Assembly (NCBI GenBank): GCA_963666485.2
Contig: CAXXUO010000010.1
Span: 1-64,000, forward strand
DNA length: 64,000 nt
DNA from: Syntrophorhabdaceae bacterium
Lineage (GTDB): Bacteria; Desulfobacterota; Syntrophorhabdia; Syntrophorhabdales; Syntrophorhabdaceae
Direction: 5' to 3'
Part shown: positions 9,495-19,354 of the stretch, piece after piece
Position numbering within the stretch: the stretch's first letter is position 1
Layout of the letters: every line of letters begins with the position of its first letter
Translations under genes and position numbers: made by a program
The notes under the pieces: model-generated
Database searches by the model: none
What the model was told of the DNA's origin: nothing
Seen by the model: only the letters and a program-made list of their open reading frames with translations

Positions 9495-10421
9495 ATGAAG
9501 GCTCTCTTCTGGGGCACACGGGGTTCACTGCCGGCAGCGGCCGACACTTTGAACCTTCGGCAAAAGATAATAGACCGTATTGCGGCGTTGCGGGATGGAC
9601 AGGGCCTTGAAGGCGTCATCTCAGGAGACGGGCATGAGGTAGCCCGATGGGGTTATTACGGGACGAACACCTCGTGTGTCGAGATCGCCGGGGGAAGCGA
9701 GTACGTGATCTGTGACGCCGGCTCGGGGATCCAGGACCTTTCCCGCAAGGTCATGGCCGCCGGCGGGCAGGGCCTGACATTCAGCATTTTCCTGTCACAT
9801 CTTCACTGGGACCATATACAGGGTTTCCCGTTCTTCATCCCGCGCTACATAGCCGGGAATAAGATAAAGATCTACGGCGGCCATCCCGATATCGAGGCAC
9901 GTTTTGCCTACCAGCAGGAATGGTCCAACATATCACTGCCGGACAGGGCCGACATTACATTCGAAACACTCGAGCCCGGCCGGGCCTACGATATCGCCGG
10001 TTTTTCCGTAAGTATGATGCCGCAGAACCATCCCGGCCATTCATTCGGTTACCGTTTTGAAAGAGAAGGCAAGAGCATAGTCTATTCCAGTGATTGCGAG
10101 CACCTTCCGCCAATTTTTGACGACTATCCGTTTATCGATTTTTTCAGAAGTGCGGACCTCTTGATCATCGATGCCCAGTACGATGCCAAAGACGCATTTG
10201 GGGCTAAAGAAAATTGGGGACATTCCAGCAACACCGTCGTTGCCGAACTCGGCGCGCAGGCCGGGGTTAAACGCTTGTGCATGTTTCACAATGAACCGAC
10301 AATCGATGACACCGGCCTTGACAACTTTCTCGCGAAGACCCGCCGGTACCTGCAACTCACCGAACCCGACAGCACAATGAAAATTGATCTGGCGTACGAC
10401 GGATTAATAATCGAAATCTGA
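9495..10421 (+). CDS. MBL-fold metallo-hydrolase (phosphodiesterase-like)
   Basis: FWGTRGS, GTNTSC, DAGSG, HLHWDH, WGHSS; start ATG 9495 with GGAGG. Confidence 0.9.
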   Translation: MKALFWGTRGSLPAAADTLNLRQKIIDRIAALRDGQGLEGVISGDGHEVARWGYYGTNTSCVEIAGGSEYVICDAGSGIQDLSRKVMAAGGQGLTFSIFLSHLHWDHIQGFPFFIPRYIAGNKIKIYGGHPDIEARFAYQQEWSNISLPDRADITFETLEPGRAYDIAGFSVSMMPQNHPGHSFGYRFEREGKSIVYSSDCEHLPPIFDDYPFIDFFRSADLLIIDAQYDAKDAFGAKENWGHSSNTVVAELGAQAGVKRLCMFHNEPTIDDTGLDNFLAKTRRYLQLTEPDSTMKIDLAYDGLIIEI

Positions 10422-10425
10422 CACG

Positions 10426-10538
10426 GTTCCACGTTCCACCGTTCCACGTTCCACGAAAAAACCCCCGCTCAAAAAATGACCATTCCGGCATTTTGTTCTG
10501 TCTTTAGCGTGGAACGTGGAACGGTGGAACGTGGAACC
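10426..10538. repeat. Inverted GTTCCAC heptamer arrays, copy 2 (between convergent genes)
   Basis: gttccacgttccaccgttccacgttccacg ... cgtggaacgtggaacggtggaacgtggaacc. Confidence 0.9.
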
Positions 10539-10543
10539 TTTTT

Positions 10544-11230
10544 TTACAGGTAGTAATGTTTCACCGGCGCCAGATCATTCGTGAACTCGTAAACGAGCGG
10601 CTTCCCGGTCGGTATCTCGAGTGTCGGTATCTCTTCATCCGATATGTTGTCGAGGTGCTTGACCAGTGAGCGCAGGCTGTTGCCGTGCGCCGCAATGACG
10701 ACCTTCGCCCCGCGGGCGAGTATCGGGACGATCGTGCTCTCCCAGTAGGGCAATACACGGATGCCGGTGTCCTTCAGACTTTCTGCAAGGGGAACTTCTT
10801 CCGGCGCCAGGGCATCGTACCGGGGGTCGTTTCCCGAGAACCTTTCGTCGGTGCGTTCAAGGGGCGGGGGCGGGACGTCGTAGCTCCTGCGCCAGAGCCG
10901 GACCTGCTCCTGCCCGTATTGCTCGGCTGTCTCCGCCTTGTTTAAGCCCTGCAGTGCGCCGTAATGCCTTTCATTGAGCCGCCAGCTTTTCCGCTGCGGG
11001 ATCCACATCCGGTCCGTCTCTTCGAGGACGATCCACAGGGTCCTTATCGCCCGTTTCAGGACGGAGGTGAACGCCACATCGAATACAAAGCCGGCCTCTT
11101 TGAGCGCCCTGCCGGCGGACCGTGCCTCCTCGACACCTTTTTCCGACAGGTCTATATCGGTCCAACCCGTGAACCTGTTCTCGAGGTTCCATTGACTCTC
11201 GCCGTGTCGCAGCAATACCATGCGTATCAT
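10544..11230 (-). CDS. gpmA: 2,3-bisphosphoglycerate-dependent phosphoglycerate mutase
   Basis: [34 protein letters not shown]. Confidence 0.97.
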   Translation of the reverse strand: MIRMVLLRHGESQWNLENRFTGWTDIDLSEKGVEEARSAGRALKEAGFVFDVAFTSVLKRAIRTLWIVLEETDRMWIPQRKSWRLNERHYGALQGLNKAETAEQYGQEQVRLWRRSYDVPPPPLERTDERFSGNDPRYDALAPEEVPLAESLKDTGIRVLPYWESTIVPILARGAKVVIAAHGNSLRSLVKHLDNISDEEIPTLEIPTGKPLVYEFTNDLAPVKHYYL

Positions 11231-11246
11231 AAGAAGTTCTCCTTAT

Positions 11247-12137
11247 CTACAGTTGGTCGACCCTGAAGCCTTCCTTTTTGAGAAGCTCGACGATACCTTC
11301 ATCCCCGACGAGGTGACCGGCGCCGACGACGACAAATACCCGCCCGCCGGACCTAAGGTGTACGGCGATCTTTCGTGTCATGTTCCGGTTCCTGTCGGTC
11401 ATTATCTTTTTGTAGACAGCCTTGAGCCTGTCATCATTCTCGAGAGACTTTGTAAGAATAGACGCGATGGTGCCGCCATCACCTCTTCCCCAGGCCGCCA
11501 TCAGGGCGTCAACCTGTTCACCCGTTGACTTCAGGTCCTTCACCGTGTACAGGAGGAACGATTCCTGTTCCCCGTCAGGCAGACCGGAAAGCAGGTTGAT
11601 CTGGTACTGCAGGCTTTCGAGTTCGACTATCTTTTTCTTCCCCGACGCCCTGGTCAGGAAATATTTGTCGATACCGTAATTGGGGTCGTAACCCAGCCGC
11701 ATGAGTTCGAGGGACGATACCGTTATCCCGAGAAACCATGGCCTCTGACGATTGACCGCACCTGCCGGCAAACCGAGGGTTGCCGCCTGTTCGATGACAT
11801 ACGAGTAGGTTTGCGCCGAAATGTGGCTGACGAGCGAGTCGCCGGGCGCGTAGAAGGCAGCCTGGCGCAGCGCCTGAAGCGTCCCGGGCGCGACGTTGGT
11901 AATATCCGCCTCGACCGCAAGGGTTTCGCACGTTTCGAAGGCATCCTCGATAACCCCGGCCAGCGGATATGCATCTTTTTTCATGAAATGCACGGAGCCG
12001 AGTATGTACACGGTCGCCGAATTCGTCGTCGCACGCCAGAGAAAATGTTTGTCCGCGGTATGTCCCGCCCCGGGCGCGACAAGGCATGCAAGGAAGACGA
12101 ATATAATGATGAATGATCGATAACGGCTTATTCTCAT
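11247..12137 (-). CDS. TraB/GumN family exported protein
   Basis: Signal peptide, FLW, YILGSVH, GID, RN..M, VVGAGHL; SD before ATG 12137. Confidence 0.9.
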   Translation of the reverse strand: MRISRYRSFIIIFVFLACLVAPGAGHTADKHFLWRATTNSATVYILGSVHFMKKDAYPLAGVIEDAFETCETLAVEADITNVAPGTLQALRQAAFYAPGDSLVSHISAQTYSYVIEQAATLGLPAGAVNRQRPWFLGITVSSLELMRLGYDPNYGIDKYFLTRASGKKKIVELESLQYQINLLSGLPDGEQESFLLYTVKDLKSTGEQVDALMAAWGRGDGGTIASILTKSLENDDRLKAVYKKIMTDRNRNMTRKIAVHLRSGGRVFVVVGAGHLVGDEGIVELLKKEGFRVDQL

Positions 12138-12202
12138 GACCTCTCCGGAGCGGATGTTCACCCATTATAGCAGATGATGCCTTGCCGGGGAAGAGATCCG
12201 CT

Positions 12203-13255
12203 CTACGACCGGCCCGGTTTTTGTGACGCCTGGTCGAGTTTTTTCAGCTCTTCGATACGCTTTACCGTCTCGGGATGTGTCGAAAACACCCCGAGCTTCA
12301 AGTTTTGCGGATGTTTCGCATCCATTTTGCGCAGGACATTCTGAAAAGGCCCCGTCCCCTTTCCCAGGCTTATCAAGAGTGACCCCGCCTCGCGATCGGC
12401 CTCACGCTCGAAATCACGTGAATATCCGTTCTCGATGAGCAAGGCGGGGAGAAATGAGGCGAAATTGGCGATGGATGTGATATCGCCGGTGAGCAGCGTC
12501 ACGAGGAAGAACACGCCGGTGCTCTGGAGGATGCTTCTTAATGCGTGCCGTTTCTTGACGTGGCTTATCTCGTGGGCGAAGATCGCCATGAGCTCGTCAT
12601 CATTGTCGGAAAGCGCCACGAGCTCATCGGTGATGACCACGATGCCCGACGGGAGTGCGAAGGCGTTCGCACCGATCTTCATGCCTTTCCGGAACACGAT
12701 GGTATAACTCGCGGCGTGCGCCGGGTCTATCCTGGATACCGTCTGGACGAAGACATTCATTATTTCCTGCTTGCGCGCGAGATCCAGGCCGCTCGGCCTG
12801 AAAAAACGCTGGTCGAACATCTGGAGCGTCTGCTTGCTCGCCGAACTCGTCACATGCAGGGGGACGTTCCGGGCGGTGTAGCTTGCCGCATAGGGGATCG
12901 CGTAATAAACGATCCCGAACAGTGCCGCAACGACCATGATGACGCAGGCCATGACCGCCTTCCAGCGCGTCTCGAGATAATGCACCCAGTTCCATGACCG
13001 GTTTATTCCCGTCGCTGCCTCGATAGCGTCGACCGCCGCGCGATCATCTGTCTGCAGGAGCGATCCGTTGGGAAGCCGGATCGACCGTTTTGTCCGGCCG
13101 AGAGCGGGGTCGATCTCGAGCGCGCCCGGCCGCGCACTGTAGAAATTCTCCTGCATGTCGTCGGACAGGACGAGCGACGTCCCGTCAAACGTCACCCTGA
13201 CAGGGTACGCCCGTGATGTTCTGCCATCAAAATAGTCGGCGGTGAAATATGTCAT
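12203..13255 (-). CDS. M48 family metallopeptidase
   Basis: YFDGRTS N-terminus, NAFALP, HEISH, YSRDFEREAD, FSTHP. Confidence 0.9.
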   Translation of the reverse strand: MTYFTADYFDGRTSRAYPVRVTFDGTSLVLSDDMQENFYSARPGALEIDPALGRTKRSIRLPNGSLLQTDDRAAVDAIEAATGINRSWNWVHYLETRWKAVMACVIMVVAALFGIVYYAIPYAASYTARNVPLHVTSSASKQTLQMFDQRFFRPSGLDLARKQEIMNVFVQTVSRIDPAHAASYTIVFRKGMKIGANAFALPSGIVVITDELVALSDNDDELMAIFAHEISHVKKRHALRSILQSTGVFFLVTLLTGDITSIANFASFLPALLIENGYSRDFEREADREAGSLLISLGKGTGPFQNVLRKMDAKHPQNLKLGVFSTHPETVKRIEELKKLDQASQKPGRS

Positions 13256-14418
13256 AGCCCGATCTCTATCCCGATAAAATCGGTCGCTGCGTCGCCGAGA
13301 GCGCTCAGGTCAGCTTCCGGCGCTCCGTGAAACGTGTTGAGGTCCTGCGTCGAAACGATGCTCAGATTGTCCATAATATACTTAAGGCGCCGTATCTTCG
13401 CCCAGGGAACGAGAAGCCCCAGGGAAAAGATGACCGCAAGGATGTTCGATATCCTGATCCAGACCAGCCGGCGTGTCGTGAACGTGCTCTTGAATTGCAG
13501 GCTCCCGAAGCGGGTCTCGGACCAGCAATGGTTCATTGTCATCGAATATATGGCCGCCTGCAGCGTGTAAAGGATGGCTGCCGCCAGGAAGGAACTGAAG
13601 AAGACCGTATAGAGCATGCTGAGCATACCGGACGGCGTCCCCGAAACGATCGATATCCGGTTGAACCAGTATGACGAGACCCAGGTGAAAAAGAGAAATG
13701 TGGCAACACCCAGCAGGGAAGCGAAAAAATAAGCCTTGTAGAAAGGCCCTTTCCGCCCGGAAAAAGCACTCCGCGTCGTGCCGTAAGCCAGGTTGTTGAA
13801 AAAATATTTCTTCTTGTAGAATTGCCACGCGGGAAAGAAGATGAAAAATGTGCACGGAAGGATCCCCGCAAAGAGGAGGTACGTTTCATAGCTGTCTTTC
13901 AGCCGGCCCAGGAACCGGAAGCGGATGTTCCTGTAAGACGTGTTGTGCGCGTTGAACCTCAGTGATTTGTACACGAGGAAGGGGAACACGAAACCGAAGA
14001 CAAGGAACAGGCCCCCCGCAATGACAGGCTCGAATTTTTTCAGCGCAATGTAGAAGATGAATATTGCCGCAATGATCAGGTTCCCTTTCAGTATGGCTGA
14101 GGGCTTCCCGTGAAAAGAAAAAGGATGGCCGGCCAGGCTCGTATTCGCCCAGATATAGCGCCGGGTCCGCACCTTTGCCCAGGCCGCATAGACGCCGAAG
14201 GTGATTATCGTGAGAAAGAGATTGACGATCCAGATCCTGAAATATTCGCCGGCCGACGCCGTAAACTCGAAGCCGTACCTTTTCGGTGAGGCGAGGGCCT
14301 CGTCCGACACGAGGGCGAGCGGTGAACCGCACCGGGGACAGTAGGCAGGCTGGTCCCCCGGTTCCGAATACGGGAACGCAACATTGCATCTGCCACACAC
14401 CATTCGCTTCACGTTCAA
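13252..14418 (-). CDS. YjgN/DUF898 inner-membrane protein with N-terminal zinc ribbon
   Basis: EYFRIWIVNLFLTIITFGVY..WAKVRTRRY motif; CGRC...CPRC at N-terminus; coupled to the M48 gene. Confidence 0.85.
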   Translation of the reverse strand: MNVKRMVCGRCNVAFPYSEPGDQPAYCPRCGSPLALVSDEALASPKRYGFEFTASAGEYFRIWIVNLFLTIITFGVYAAWAKVRTRRYIWANTSLAGHPFSFHGKPSAILKGNLIIAAIFIFYIALKKFEPVIAGGLFLVFGFVFPFLVYKSLRFNAHNTSYRNIRFRFLGRLKDSYETYLLFAGILPCTFFIFFPAWQFYKKKYFFNNLAYGTTRSAFSGRKGPFYKAYFFASLLGVATFLFFTWVSSYWFNRISIVSGTPSGMLSMLYTVFFSSFLAAAILYTLQAAIYSMTMNHCWSETRFGSLQFKSTFTTRRLVWIRISNILAVIFSLGLLVPWAKIRRLKYIMDNLSIVSTQDLNTFHGAPEADLSALGDAATDFIGIEIGL

Positions 14419-14514
14419 TGACCTGACTGACTATTATAAACGCCGGAAAGAGAAATAGAAAGGGGTTTGACAATCAGCGGTTTCATGCATATGTAACGGT
14501 AATAAGGAGTCTTT

Positions 14515-15285
14515 ATGCCGCCGCGCGCGATATGGAAAGGCCGGCTTCAATTCGGGCCGTACACGATACCCGTCAAGCTTCACACCGCCGTCAGGGAGCA
14601 GCGGATACAGTTCCATCTTTTGCACGGCAATGACCACGTGCGGCTCAGGCAGCAGATGGTATGCGCGTATGAACACATTCCCGTCCCCCGGGAGGAACAG
14701 GTCCGGGGTTTCGAGATCGAAGAGGGCAAATTCGTTATTGTCGAGGATCAGGAACTGGAAAGGATCGAACCGGAAGAAAGCCGGACGATCGAGGTCCATG
14801 AATTTGTCCCGGCCGGCGAGATCCATCCCCTGTACCGGGAAAGGGCGTACTATCTCGGGCCCGATGCCTCGCAGAAGGAATACGCCGCCCTCGCCCGGGC
14901 ACTGTCGGACACGGGCGTGGAGGGTATATGCACCTTCACCATGAGGAGGAGATCATATTTCGGCTCTGTATGGTCGTTGAAAGGAATGATACGGCTTACG
15001 ACGCTGCGCCATGCCGAAGAGGTCATCGCCGTGGGATCGCTCGATCTTCCCCGGGTCGCACTGTCCGAAAGGGAGCTGAAAGTGGGGGCGGACCTCGTTC
15101 GGGCCCTGACCGGCCCCTTTGAGCCCGACAGGTTCGAGAATGAGCACCAGAAGAAGCTGCAGGAGATGATCGACAGGAAGGCGGCCGGCGAAAAGATCTC
15201 GATCCTGCGCCCGAAGAAGAAGAAGGCAACTGCGCCCGACCGGCTCCTCGAGATGCTCGAGGCAAGCCTGAAAAAGGTCGGCTGA
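14515..15285 (+). CDS. ku: NHEJ DNA end-binding protein Ku (paralog 1)
   Basis: RAIWKG...IPVKL, FHLLH, VRGFE, YYLGP, LLEMLEASL C-terminus. Confidence 0.9.
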   Translation: MPPRAIWKGRLQFGPYTIPVKLHTAVREQRIQFHLLHGNDHVRLRQQMVCAYEHIPVPREEQVRGFEIEEGKFVIVEDQELERIEPEESRTIEVHEFVPAGEIHPLYRERAYYLGPDASQKEYAALARALSDTGVEGICTFTMRRRSYFGSVWSLKGMIRLTTLRHAEEVIAVGSLDLPRVALSERELKVGADLVRALTGPFEPDRFENEHQKKLQEMIDRKAAGEKISILRPKKKKATAPDRLLEMLEASLKKVG

Positions 15286-15296
15286 GGGAGGCGCCT

Positions 15297-16082
15297 ATGG
15301 CCGGGGCACATGCGATCTGGACGGGGACTGTCAGCTTCAGCCTCGTCGCCATTCCCGTACAACTCGTGACGGCTGTTACGGCAGGCCGGGTACCGTTCCG
15401 GATGCTCCACGCGAAGGACAACTCACCCCTTTCCCGGGCGATGTTCTGTCCGGGCGAAGAAAAGATCGTACCGCCGGATGAGATCGTACGCGGTTTCGAG
15501 ATCGGCCCCGACACGTATATCGTCATGACCGGCGAAGAGCTCGAATCGGTGTCACCCGGGCGTTCGCGGGCGATCGAGATAACCGATTTCATCGACGTCA
15601 ACGACATCGATCCGGTCTACTATGACCATCCCTATTATCTTGTCCCGGCAAAGGGGGGCGAAAAGGCCTACTGCCTTCTCGTCGAGGTCATGCGTCAGAC
15701 CGGCCGGGCAGGAATAGCGAAATTTGTCCTCGGGGAGAGGGAATACCCGGTCATTGTGCGCTCGACAGGGAAGGCCCTTTCTCTCATCACGCTCCACTAT
15801 CATGACGAGATCTTCCCGGAAGAAGGCATCGTGCCCGGGGATGCCGGGACGTCCTCCCGGGATGCAAAGGGAATGATGGACGTGATAAAGAGTATGACGT
15901 CCTCTTTCAATCCCGGGAAATATACGAATGAGCGCAGGAAAAAAATAACCGCCCTCCTTAAAGAGAAGGCAAAGGAACATACGGTTCAATCCCCCGTAAC
16001 CGGTGAAGAGGCGCCTGAAGGGCCCGAAGACCTCGTTTCCGTGCTCCAGGAAAGCGTGCGCAAGGCGAAGGCGGCCCGATGA
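15297..16082 (+). CDS. ku: NHEJ DNA end-binding protein Ku (paralog 2)
   Basis: AIWTGTVSFSLVAIPV, IDPVYYDHPYYLVP, EKAY.LL, DLVSVLQESV. Confidence 0.92.
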   Translation: MAGAHAIWTGTVSFSLVAIPVQLVTAVTAGRVPFRMLHAKDNSPLSRAMFCPGEEKIVPPDEIVRGFEIGPDTYIVMTGEELESVSPGRSRAIEITDFIDVNDIDPVYYDHPYYLVPAKGGEKAYCLLVEVMRQTGRAGIAKFVLGEREYPVIVRSTGKALSLITLHYHDEIFPEEGIVPGDAGTSSRDAKGMMDVIKSMTSSFNPGKYTNERRKKITALLKEKAKEHTVQSPVTGEEAPEGPEDLVSVLQESVRKAKAAR

Positions 16083-16984
16083 AGAAGTCGACTGCCCGGA
16101 TCGGCGAGAGGAACCTGTCGCTGTCAAACCTGGACAAGGACCTCTATCCTTCATTCGGCTTTACAAAGGCGCAGGTCCTGGAATACTATCGAAGGATATC
16201 GCCGTACATCCTTCCCCACCTCAAGGACCGTGCGTTGACGCTCAAGCGGTACCCCAACGGTGCGGACGGGGATTTCTTCTTTGAAAAGCGGTGCCCCCGC
16301 TATCGTCCCCCGTGGATAAAAACGGCGGACATATCCCGGACGGGCGGAGAGCGCATGACGGTATGCCTTGTTAACGATCTCGACACCCTGATGTGGGTCG
16401 GGAACCTGGCATCGCTCGAACTGCATGTCCCCATGGCACGCGCCTCGAGCCCGGGTATACCGGATTTCATGGTCTTCGACCTCGATCCCGGCGAAGGGGC
16501 GAACATCCTCGATTGCGCCCATGTCTCGTTCATATTGCGCAACGTGCTTGCCGACCTCAAACTTACGTCTTACCCGAAGACGTCCGGGAAAAAGGGCCTC
16601 CACGTTTATGTGCCCCTGAACAACAAGAAGGTGACGTTCGACGATACGAAGAGATTTTCGCGCACGGTAGCGGAGGTCATGCAGCGCAATTATCCTGACA
16701 GCGTGACCGCTGTCGTGGCGAAGGGCATGAGAAAAAAGAAGGTATTTATCAACTGGGCGCAGAACGGCACCTCAAACACGACCGTATGCGTGTATTCTCT
16801 TCGCGCTGCCCCGAAGCCGACCGTGTCGTCGCCGCTTTCGTGGGATGAGGTTGACAGCCTCGCAATGCAGGGAAACCCCGATGGATTCCTGTTCCTCTTT
16901 TCACAGGTAATAGACCGGGCCGAAAAACACGGCGACCTGTTTGCCGATGTCCTGAAACTCAAGCAGAAACTTCCCTATCTCTGA
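16079..16984 (+). CDS. ligD: LigD polymerase (primase-polymerase) domain, standalone
   Basis: LSNLDKDLYP, LKRYPNG, FFEKRCP, VFDLDPG, KTSGKKGLH, YSLRA. Confidence 0.92.
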   Translation: MKKSTARIGERNLSLSNLDKDLYPSFGFTKAQVLEYYRRISPYILPHLKDRALTLKRYPNGADGDFFFEKRCPRYRPPWIKTADISRTGGERMTVCLVNDLDTLMWVGNLASLELHVPMARASSPGIPDFMVFDLDPGEGANILDCAHVSFILRNVLADLKLTSYPKTSGKKGLHVYVPLNNKKVTFDDTKRFSRTVAEVMQRNYPDSVTAVVAKGMRKKKVFINWAQNGTSNTTVCVYSLRAAPKPTVSSPLSWDEVDSLAMQGNPDGFLFLFSQVIDRAEKHGDLFADVLKLKQKLPYL

Positions 16985-16985
16985 T

Positions 16986-18617
16986 ATGGGTCTTAAAGAT
17001 TACACAGAGAAGCGAAAATTCGGTCAGACACCCGAGCCCCCGCCCGGGCTCCCGCGCAAACACCCAAGGCTGATCTTCGTTGTTCATAAACATGCCGCGC
17101 GCGCTTTGCACTATGATCTCAGGCTCGAACTTAACGGTGTCCTCAAAAGCTGGGCGATCCCCAAAGGACCCTCGCTCGACCCGACGGTGAAAAGGCTCGC
17201 AATGATGGTCGAAGACCATCCCTACGAATATAAGGATTTCGAGGGCGTCATACCGGAAGGCAATTACGGAGCGGGAAATGTGATTATCTGGGATAAGGGA
17301 TACTGGCGTCACCCGGACGACGAGGCAGGGACAGCGAGCGAGGCGCTTCTCGAAGAAGGATTGGACAAAGGCAACCTGAAATTCGTCCTCGAAGGTGAAA
17401 AGCTGCATGGGAGCTTTGCCCTGGTGAGGACGAGCAGAGACCCCCGGTCATGGCTCCTCATAAAGAAAAAGGACGCCGGGGCGGTCGGCGGAAACATCGC
17501 GGAGGACAGCCGTTCCGTTGTCTCGGCGAGGTCGCTCGAAGACGTGTCGCGCGACGACCCCGAAACAGCCTCCAAGCGTAAAAAGGTGGAACGCATCCGC
17601 AAGGCTGAGGCCTCGGAAAAGGTCGACCTCTCCGACGCGCCCGCCGCGGATATGCCGCACCACGTAAAACCCATGCTGGCCACGCTCGTCAAGGAACCTT
17701 TCAATGACGACAACTGGATCTTCGAGGTCAAGTGGGACGGCTACCGTGCGATCGCCGAGGTGAAGGGCGCAGACGTGTCCCTCTATTCCCGCAACCTCCT
17801 GTCCTTGAGCGACAGGTTCGTCCCCGTCTATGAATCGCTCAAGAAAATGCGCCTCGAGGCCTTGCTCGACGGAGAGATCGTCGTTGTCGACGATGCAGGT
17901 TATCCCGATTTTCATATGCTGCAGGACTACCGGCGGTCAAAAAAAGGGCATCTTTTTTACTACGTTTTCGACCTCATCTATTTTGACGGGCACGACCTGA
18001 CCCGGCTGCCGCTCATCAGGAGAAAAGAGATACTGAAGCAGGTCCTCCCGTCCCTTCCCGCGATACGGTACACGGACCATGTCGTGCGGGACGGCGTGGT
18101 GTTCTTCGATGTCGTGAAGGAAAAAGGCCTCGAGGGGATCGTCGCCAAGGATTCGCACAGCGTGTACCGGATGGGCAAAAGGAGCCTTGAATGGCTCAAG
18201 GTGAAGGCACGAATGACCCAGGAGGCTGTCATCGGGGGGTTTACCGAACCGGGAGGCGCGCGCAGGCATTTCGGCGCGCTCGTCCTGGGCGTTTATGAGA
18301 ACGGGCATCTCGTGTATATCGGCCATGCGGGCGGGGGATTCAGCGAGAAGACGCTCGCGGAGATCGGGGCCAAACTGAAACCGCTTGTCCGCGCAACCTC
18401 GCCTTTTGCAACAAAACCTAAGACGAACAGTCCTGTCACATGGGTCGAGCCCGGGCTTGTGTGCGAGGTATTTTTCCACGGTTGGACGCCCGACGGCCTC
18501 ATGCGCCAGCCCACCTTTGTGGGGCTCAGGGAAGACAAATCCCCGCGCGAGGTGGTCCGTGAGAGGCCGGTTGTCAAAGACGGCGAACGCGCCGCAGGCC
18601 ATGATGAAGAGAGTTAA
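16986..18617 (+). CDS. ligD: LigD 3'-phosphoesterase + ATP-dependent ligase
   Basis: FVVHKH..RALHYDLRLE (PE domain), EVKWDGYR adenylation motif, LEGIVAK, MRQPTF.GLREDK. Confidence 0.95.
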   Translation: MGLKDYTEKRKFGQTPEPPPGLPRKHPRLIFVVHKHAARALHYDLRLELNGVLKSWAIPKGPSLDPTVKRLAMMVEDHPYEYKDFEGVIPEGNYGAGNVIIWDKGYWRHPDDEAGTASEALLEEGLDKGNLKFVLEGEKLHGSFALVRTSRDPRSWLLIKKKDAGAVGGNIAEDSRSVVSARSLEDVSRDDPETASKRKKVERIRKAEASEKVDLSDAPAADMPHHVKPMLATLVKEPFNDDNWIFEVKWDGYRAIAEVKGADVSLYSRNLLSLSDRFVPVYESLKKMRLEALLDGEIVVVDDAGYPDFHMLQDYRRSKKGHLFYYVFDLIYFDGHDLTRLPLIRRKEILKQVLPSLPAIRYTDHVVRDGVVFFDVVKEKGLEGIVAKDSHSVYRMGKRSLEWLKVKARMTQEAVIGGFTEPGGARRHFGALVLGVYENGHLVYIGHAGGGFSEKTLAEIGAKLKPLVRATSPFATKPKTNSPVTWVEPGLVCEVFFHGWTPDGLMRQPTFVGLREDKSPREVVRERPVVKDGERAAGHDEES

Positions 18618-18634
18618 GCATGTACGTGTGACGT

Positions 18635-19291
18635 ATGCCGCCGATCCATCTCATAGCAATATTATCCTTTGCCGTCTCCAGCAATTTTGACAATGTCGGG
18701 GTCGGTGTTGCGTACGGGATCAGGGGAGCGTGCATCCCGTTCCTTGCCAATTTCATCATCGCTTTGATCAACAGTTCCGGGACGGTCGTCTCGATGATCG
18801 TCGGGACGACTGTCGCCCGGGTCCTGGCGCCGCACATCGCCGGGACACTGGGCGGGGCGATCCTGGTATCGATCGGGGTATGGGTCATCGTTCAGGGCAT
18901 GCGGCACCTCAACCGGAGCATGCCGATAGAGGACGAATTGCGTGAGAGGCTCGATCGTTTGTCGGGGATGTCCGCGCCGATGAGGATCTGGCAAATGATC
19001 AGCAATCCCTTCGTGACGCACCCCGACTGCAGGGATGCGATGGGCCCGGCAGAGGCATTCGTCGTGGGTGTCGGGCTCACGATGACGAACGTTGTCACCG
19101 GTTTTGCGGCGGGCATGATGGGGCTCAACATCGTCCTGCTCACGCTTGTTACGATGCTTTTCAGCGTCCTTGCCATATGGTTGGGGAGGGGCGCCGGGAA
19201 TTCGCGCGCTTTCCGCTGGATAGGGAGATACAGCAGCACAGTTTCGGGCCTGCTCCTCATCGGCATAGGGGTGCTCGAGATATTCGTATGA
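18635..19291 (+). CDS. MntP/YtaF-family membrane protein
   Basis: AVSSNFDNVGVGVAYG; two three-helix repeats; SGLLLIGIG. Confidence 0.75.
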   Translation: MPPIHLIAILSFAVSSNFDNVGVGVAYGIRGACIPFLANFIIALINSSGTVVSMIVGTTVARVLAPHIAGTLGGAILVSIGVWVIVQGMRHLNRSMPIEDELRERLDRLSGMSAPMRIWQMISNPFVTHPDCRDAMGPAEAFVVGVGLTMTNVVTGFAAGMMGLNIVLLTLVTMLFSVLAIWLGRGAGNSRAFRWIGRYSSTVSGLLLIGIGVLEIFV

Positions 19292-19354
19292 AACATTTGC
19301 CTTGCGGCGGCCAATACCACTATAATCAGGTATGCAAAAGCCGGTTGCTCACTC

